NCBI GenBank assembly: GCA_964371495.1 | Contig: CAYJOA010000004.1 | Coordinates: 2,625 to 66,624, forward strand | Length of the DNA: 64,000 nt | Direction: 5' to 3' | Source: an uncultured Rubrivivax sp. | GTDB lineage: Bacteria; Pseudomonadota; Gammaproteobacteria; Burkholderiales; Burkholderiaceae_C | Part shown: piece after piece, positions 61,064 to 64,000 of the stretch | Numbering within the stretch: position 1 is the first letter of the stretch | Layout: each line of letters opens with the position of its first letter | The notes under the pieces: model-generated | Seen by the model: only the letters and a program-made list of their open reading frames with translations | Databases searched by the model: none | Told to the model about the DNA's origin: nothing | Program-made: the position numbers and the translations under genes

Positions 61064-61369
61064 TCACGACCCCTGGATGAACCAGACGAGCTTGACCATC
61101 GCCATCACGACCCAGGTCGCGATGGCGAGCTTCGCCAGGCGAAGCGTCATCCAGCGGTAGGCCTCGAATTCGAACAGCGCGCGATAGGCGCGCCTGGCCC
61201 CGATCCAGAGGCAAAACACCCCCAACACGGCCCCTACCAGCCCGCCAGAGGCGGGCAAAGTCCTGATCCAGTACAGCCCAAGGGCCGGCGCCAGGATGGC
61301 GTCCAGCGGTGCCAGGCACCGCAGCGCTGGGGTGCTTGCCCACAGCGCTCGCTCGAAGGTCGGGTTCAT
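61064..61369 (-). CDS. Small membrane protein, unknown function
   Basis: ~101 aa from ATG 61369 with three hydrophobic segments. Lies between the oriT-like region and mobC. Confidence 0.45.
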   Translation of the reverse strand: MNPTFERALWASTPALRCLAPLDAILAPALGLYWIRTLPASGGLVGAVLGVFCLWIGARRAYRALFEFEAYRWMTLRLAKLAIATWVVMAMVKLVWFIQGS

Positions 61370-61413
61370 AGGTTGGTACTCACTCAGACACCACAAGAAC
61401 AGCGCCAGTACCC

Positions 61414-61445
61414 CGGCTCATACGCACGTCGTACGTGCTTTGAGC
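61414..61445. promoter_or_regulatory. Imperfect nested hairpin in AT-richer intergenic DNA (candidate oriT or operator element)
   Basis: GGCTCA-ta-CGCACG-tcgta-CGTGC-tt-TGAGCC, in the ~300-bp gap between divergent relaxosome-side and stb-like genes. Confidence 0.35.
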
Positions 61446-61694
61446 CGTGGCGTACCCGAACCGCCTCCGAAAGCTTGCTTCCAGAGCACCAAACGTACGC
61501 TCTGTTGCACAAGAAGGCCGATTCGACTGGCTTGCATTTACTTTATATGCACTGTTCCTGCATTGCAATCACCTATAGTGTCTCGATACGCACTTCTCTT
61601 GCATCGTTTGTATGTTCAAACAGCAGAAGGTACGCCCGATGCACCCCAAGCAACCCCACCCTGCCCTCAGTCGTCCCTCGTGGACGGCCGTCCA

Positions 61695-62159
61695 ATGACT
61701 CCGGACGCCTTCTCGGCCAGCCTCGAACGAAGCGCAGCCAAGCACCCGCCCTCAAAGGCCCGCCGCATCGCGGCGCTGCTGCCCCAGATCGAGGCGGCCA
61801 TGGCTCAGGGGAGCCCGCGCGCCCACATCGTCACGGCGCTCCTGGACGTGGGCATCGAGGTCACGCCGCACCAGCTCTCGAACGTCATCGCCCGTCTGCG
61901 CAGGCAGCGGGAAGACGCGCCAGGCTTGCCCGAGGCAAGGCCGACGCTCGGCGCGGGCATACCGGAAAGCGGGACAAGCGTCTTGCCGGTGCCCAGGATC
62001 GCCAGCGTTCCCACGCTCGCGCCTGCACTTTCAGCTGCACCGGCCGCCAGTCCGGCATCGAAGTTCGGTGCGCACGACCCTCGCCTCCTGGACGAGGTCA
62101 TGCGCAGCACGCCCGACATGAAAGCACTCGCCAAGTTGGCACCAAAGGGGAAACCATGA
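61695..62159 (+). CDS. Putative DNA-binding protein upstream of stbB (StbA position)
   Basis: 154 aa from ATG 61695 (MTPDAFSASLERSAAKHPPSKARRIAALLPQIEAAMAQG...HQLSNVIARLRRQRE). Stop overlaps the stbB-like start. Function inferred from position only. Confidence 0.5.
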   Translation: MTPDAFSASLERSAAKHPPSKARRIAALLPQIEAAMAQGSPRAHIVTALLDVGIEVTPHQLSNVIARLRRQREDAPGLPEARPTLGAGIPESGTSVLPVPRIASVPTLAPALSAAPAASPASKFGAHDPRLLDEVMRSTPDMKALAKLAPKGKP

Positions 62160-62908
62160 AAGTCTGCGTCCTGAACTTCAGCGGCAACGTCGGCAAGAGC
62201 ACGATTGCCGCTCATCTGTTGCAGCCTCGCCTGAACGCCCAGGTCTTCAGCGTCGAGAGCCTGAACGTCGATGCCTCCAGCGATGGCGTCGAGGTCGCCA
62301 GGCTGCGAGGCAAGCACTACAACGATCTGCTGCAGCGGCTGATGAAGCTGGACGATGCGATCGTGGACGTCGGCTCGTCCAACGTCGAGGACTTCCTCAA
62401 AATGATGCAGCACTACGCCGACAGCCAGGAAGAGTTCGACCTCTTCGTCGTGCCGGTGGTCAAGGACGGCAAGCAGCAGGCCGACACGGTGAACACCATC
62501 CGGGCGCTTCGGGCCATCGGCGTGCCGGCCGCAAAGATCCTCGTGCTCATCAACAAGGTCGAGACCGACGACGACCTGCGCACCGATTTTGCTGGCGTCT
62601 TCGGCTTCTGCGCCAGCGGTGAGGCGACGATCCCCGAAGGTGGCGTGATCTTCGCCAACGAGCTGTTCGCAATGCTCAAGACGCAGCAGCTGTCGATCGG
62701 CGCGCTGAACGACGATGCGACCGACTACCGGCAGCGGTTGCGGGTGGCAGCGAACGAGGATGAACAGGATGCGGCTATCCAGATGATCGCCATGAAGCGC
62801 CTGGCCAAGACCTGCAACAAGAACCTCGATACCGCGTTCGCTGCGCTCTTCCCGCTGGGCTTGCCGATTCAGCTCCAGGCCTCGCTCGCACTATCCGTCG
62901 CAGCGTGA
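62156..62908 (+). CDS. stbB: StbB-like ParA-superfamily ATPase
   Basis: MKVCVLNFSGNVGKSTIAAHLLQPRL is the deviant Walker A typical of StbB of IncW/IncN-type plasmids (recalled). Start at ATG 62156 inside a longer spurious ORF. Confidence 0.65.
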   Translation: MKVCVLNFSGNVGKSTIAAHLLQPRLNAQVFSVESLNVDASSDGVEVARLRGKHYNDLLQRLMKLDDAIVDVGSSNVEDFLKMMQHYADSQEEFDLFVVPVVKDGKQQADTVNTIRALRAIGVPAAKILVLINKVETDDDLRTDFAGVFGFCASGEATIPEGGVIFANELFAMLKTQQLSIGALNDDATDYRQRLRVAANEDEQDAAIQMIAMKRLAKTCNKNLDTAFAALFPLGLPIQLQASLALSVAA

Positions 62909-62930
62909 AACTGCGGATGCAGGCGGCCTG

Positions 62931-63389
62931 ATGGGCAACGCACTGGACGCCAGATCGGCGCGCGAGGCGCTGATCGTCGAAGCACTGCGCGGCGTCGACA
63001 CGGTGCTCGCTGCGGCTGACGCGGTCGGTGAGCGACTGTCGGCCAGCTCGCAACGGCTGGAGTCGGCCGCTGCGGGCCTGACCGCGGCCGGCACCGTGTA
63101 CTCGGCCGAAGTGGCTCAGCTCACCGAAGCGACGAAGAAAGCCCTGGCCGAGTACATCGAGCGCCGCGCCTCGGCAGCGACAACCCAGGCGCTGGCCGAA
63201 CATCGCAAAGCGATGCAGGACGCGGCCACGCTCGCGTTTGCAGAACAGCTGGCACCGGCAGTCAGAGACATCGCCCGCCAGGTCGAAATCCACGGCCGCC
63301 TTGTTCGCACCAGGCTAGCGCCGGTGCTTGCTGCACTCACTCTCGGCGTCGCGCTAGGCATCGGAAGCGCAGTGCTTTGGATGCGATGA
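62931..63389 (+). CDS. Hypothetical coiled-coil protein with C-terminal TM anchor (StbC position)
   Basis: 152 aa, Ala/Glu-rich helices, terminal LAPVLAALTLGVALGIGSAVLWM. Confidence 0.5.
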   Translation: MGNALDARSAREALIVEALRGVDTVLAAADAVGERLSASSQRLESAAAGLTAAGTVYSAEVAQLTEATKKALAEYIERRASAATTQALAEHRKAMQDAATLAFAEQLAPAVRDIARQVEIHGRLVRTRLAPVLAALTLGVALGIGSAVLWMR

Positions 63390-63603
63390 AAGACACCACG
63401 AGCCCTGCACGCCACGACCGCGCGCTCTGGCATGAGTGCCCCGGGCTACGGAGTGCATCCCGCTTAGGCGGGTTGCAGCCCTACCGGGCCGGCTCCTACC
63501 GGGGCAAGCGGCAGTCCCCCGGACTGCCGCGCAAGCTCTATATGCCATCGGGAACCGGTGGTGGCGTTCGACGGCTCTTTGCTTGTCATGAGGGGATCTC
63601 GGC

Positions 63604-64000
63604 ATGAGTACCGATGCGAAGGTGGGAGCGAGGTTGTTGGGCGCGAGCGAATGCATCAATGCGCCGATCCGTACGCCAGTGAGCACGGCCCCGAGGTTGG
63701 AACTGAGCAGCGGCACGCTGGAGGCATTGAAGTGGCTGGCATTGCTGTTGATGACGCTCGATCACGTCAACAAGCATCTGCTGCACGCCTCGGTGCCCGA
63801 GCTGTTCGCGGCGGGGCGTCTGGCTTTGCCGCTGTTCGGTTTCGTGTTGGGCTACAACCTAGCCCGGCCTGGTGCGCTGGCCAGCGGCGGCTACTCGCGC
63901 ACAGCGCGCCGATTGGCGATCTTCGGGACCATCGCCACCATTCCATTCATCGCGCTCGGTGGACTGGGTTGGGGCTGGTGGCCCTTCAACATCATGGCGA
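63604..64000 (+). CDS. traX: TraX-family protein (pilin acetylase-like), 3'-truncated by window edge
   Basis: ATG 63604, frame open to the end of the window. ...LEALKWLALLLMTLDHVNKHLL...LFAAGRLALPLFGFVLGYNL is typical of TraX. Confidence 0.7.
   Translation, partial: MSTDAKVGARLLGASECINAPIRTPVSTAPRLELSSGTLEALKWLALLLMTLDHVNKHLLHASVPELFAAGRLALPLFGFVLGYNLARPGALASGGYSRTARRLAIFGTIATIPFIALGGLGWGWWPFNIMA

Larger units (their letters stand above)
41392..64000. mobile_element. Conjugative transfer region (MPF-T VirB/D4-type T4SS, relaxosome genes, stb-like genes, traX) with embedded cargo
   Basis: Contiguous virB1-B11, virD4, relaxase, mobC, stbB-like and traX calls listed individually. Confidence 0.85.

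Noticed and set aside
61037-62155. The N-terminal 373 codons of the 623-aa ORF that ends as stbB
   Set aside because: The upstream part is Arg/Gly/Pro/His-rich junk overlapping the oriT-like region and the better-looking 61695-62159 frame. The StbB-like sequence starts cleanly at ATG 62156 with the Walker A at its N-terminus.
1-64000. CRISPR arrays, rRNA genes, prophage structural genes, toxin-antitoxin pairs
   Set aside because: No regularly spaced direct repeats, rRNA-like conserved stretches, capsid/terminase-like ORFs or typical small TA gene pairs were seen on either strand.

Overview
High-GC (~65-70% by hand counts) mosaic accessory DNA, in my judgement from a conjugative plasmid or ICE of a betaproteobacterium (Burkholderiales-like protein flavour; not provable from sequence alone). 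All calls rest on reading the supplied six-frame translations for motifs; no searches were run. Modules in order: (1) 0-10.3 kb, copper: a Met-rich protein, a Tat multicopper oxidase, a small Met/Gly-rich membrane peptide, cusCBA on the minus strand with a CusF-like domain fused to CusB, and a His-rich secreted protein plus a PepSY protein. (2) 10.3-16.9 kb, arsenic/molybdenum: a radC fragment abutting the last ~100 codons of arsenite oxidase aioA (deletion scar), DUF2478, mobB, then an intact Tat molybdoenzyme operon (Arr/Psr-family catalytic subunit, 4Fe-4S subunit, TorD chaperone, thioredoxin-like protein). (3) 16.9-19 kb: thiolase and a tandem USP. (4) 19-33.6 kb, all on the minus strand: a dense thiol / sulfane-sulfur block. 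It holds two UPF0718/ArsP-like permeases, several thioredoxin-fold proteins, CcdA, OsmC, a CDF exporter, a GDCCVxC protein, four rhodanese proteins, an atypical MBL hydrolase, DUF2892, DUF2798, a secreted protein ending in a lone Cys, and soxZ-soxY-soxX-soxA. No soxB or soxCD is in the window. (5) 33.7-38.9 kb: an ECF sigma factor coupled to a Crp/Fnr regulator, then arsM-arsC-arsC-arsI-arsR-acr3. (6) 38.9-39.6 kb: a non-coding junction with an array of 10-bp palindromes and a tRNA T-arm-like fragment. (7) 39.6-41.3 kb: an orphan HTH-REC regulator plus an unknown protein. (8) 41.4-54.6 kb: a VirB/D4-type T4SS. (9) 54.6-56.3 kb: an LPD7 protein. (10) 56.3-59.1 kb: a low-GC, translationally coupled three-gene cassette of proteins I cannot assign to any family. 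This is my best candidate for an undescribed defence or plasmid-competition system. (11) 59.3-64 kb: relaxase, mobC, an oriT-like region, stb-like partition genes and a partial traX. The second candidate is the SoxB-less Sox/rhodanese/thioredoxin relay sandwiched between arsenic modules. No rRNA gene, complete tRNA, CRISPR array, integrase or transposase was recognised.
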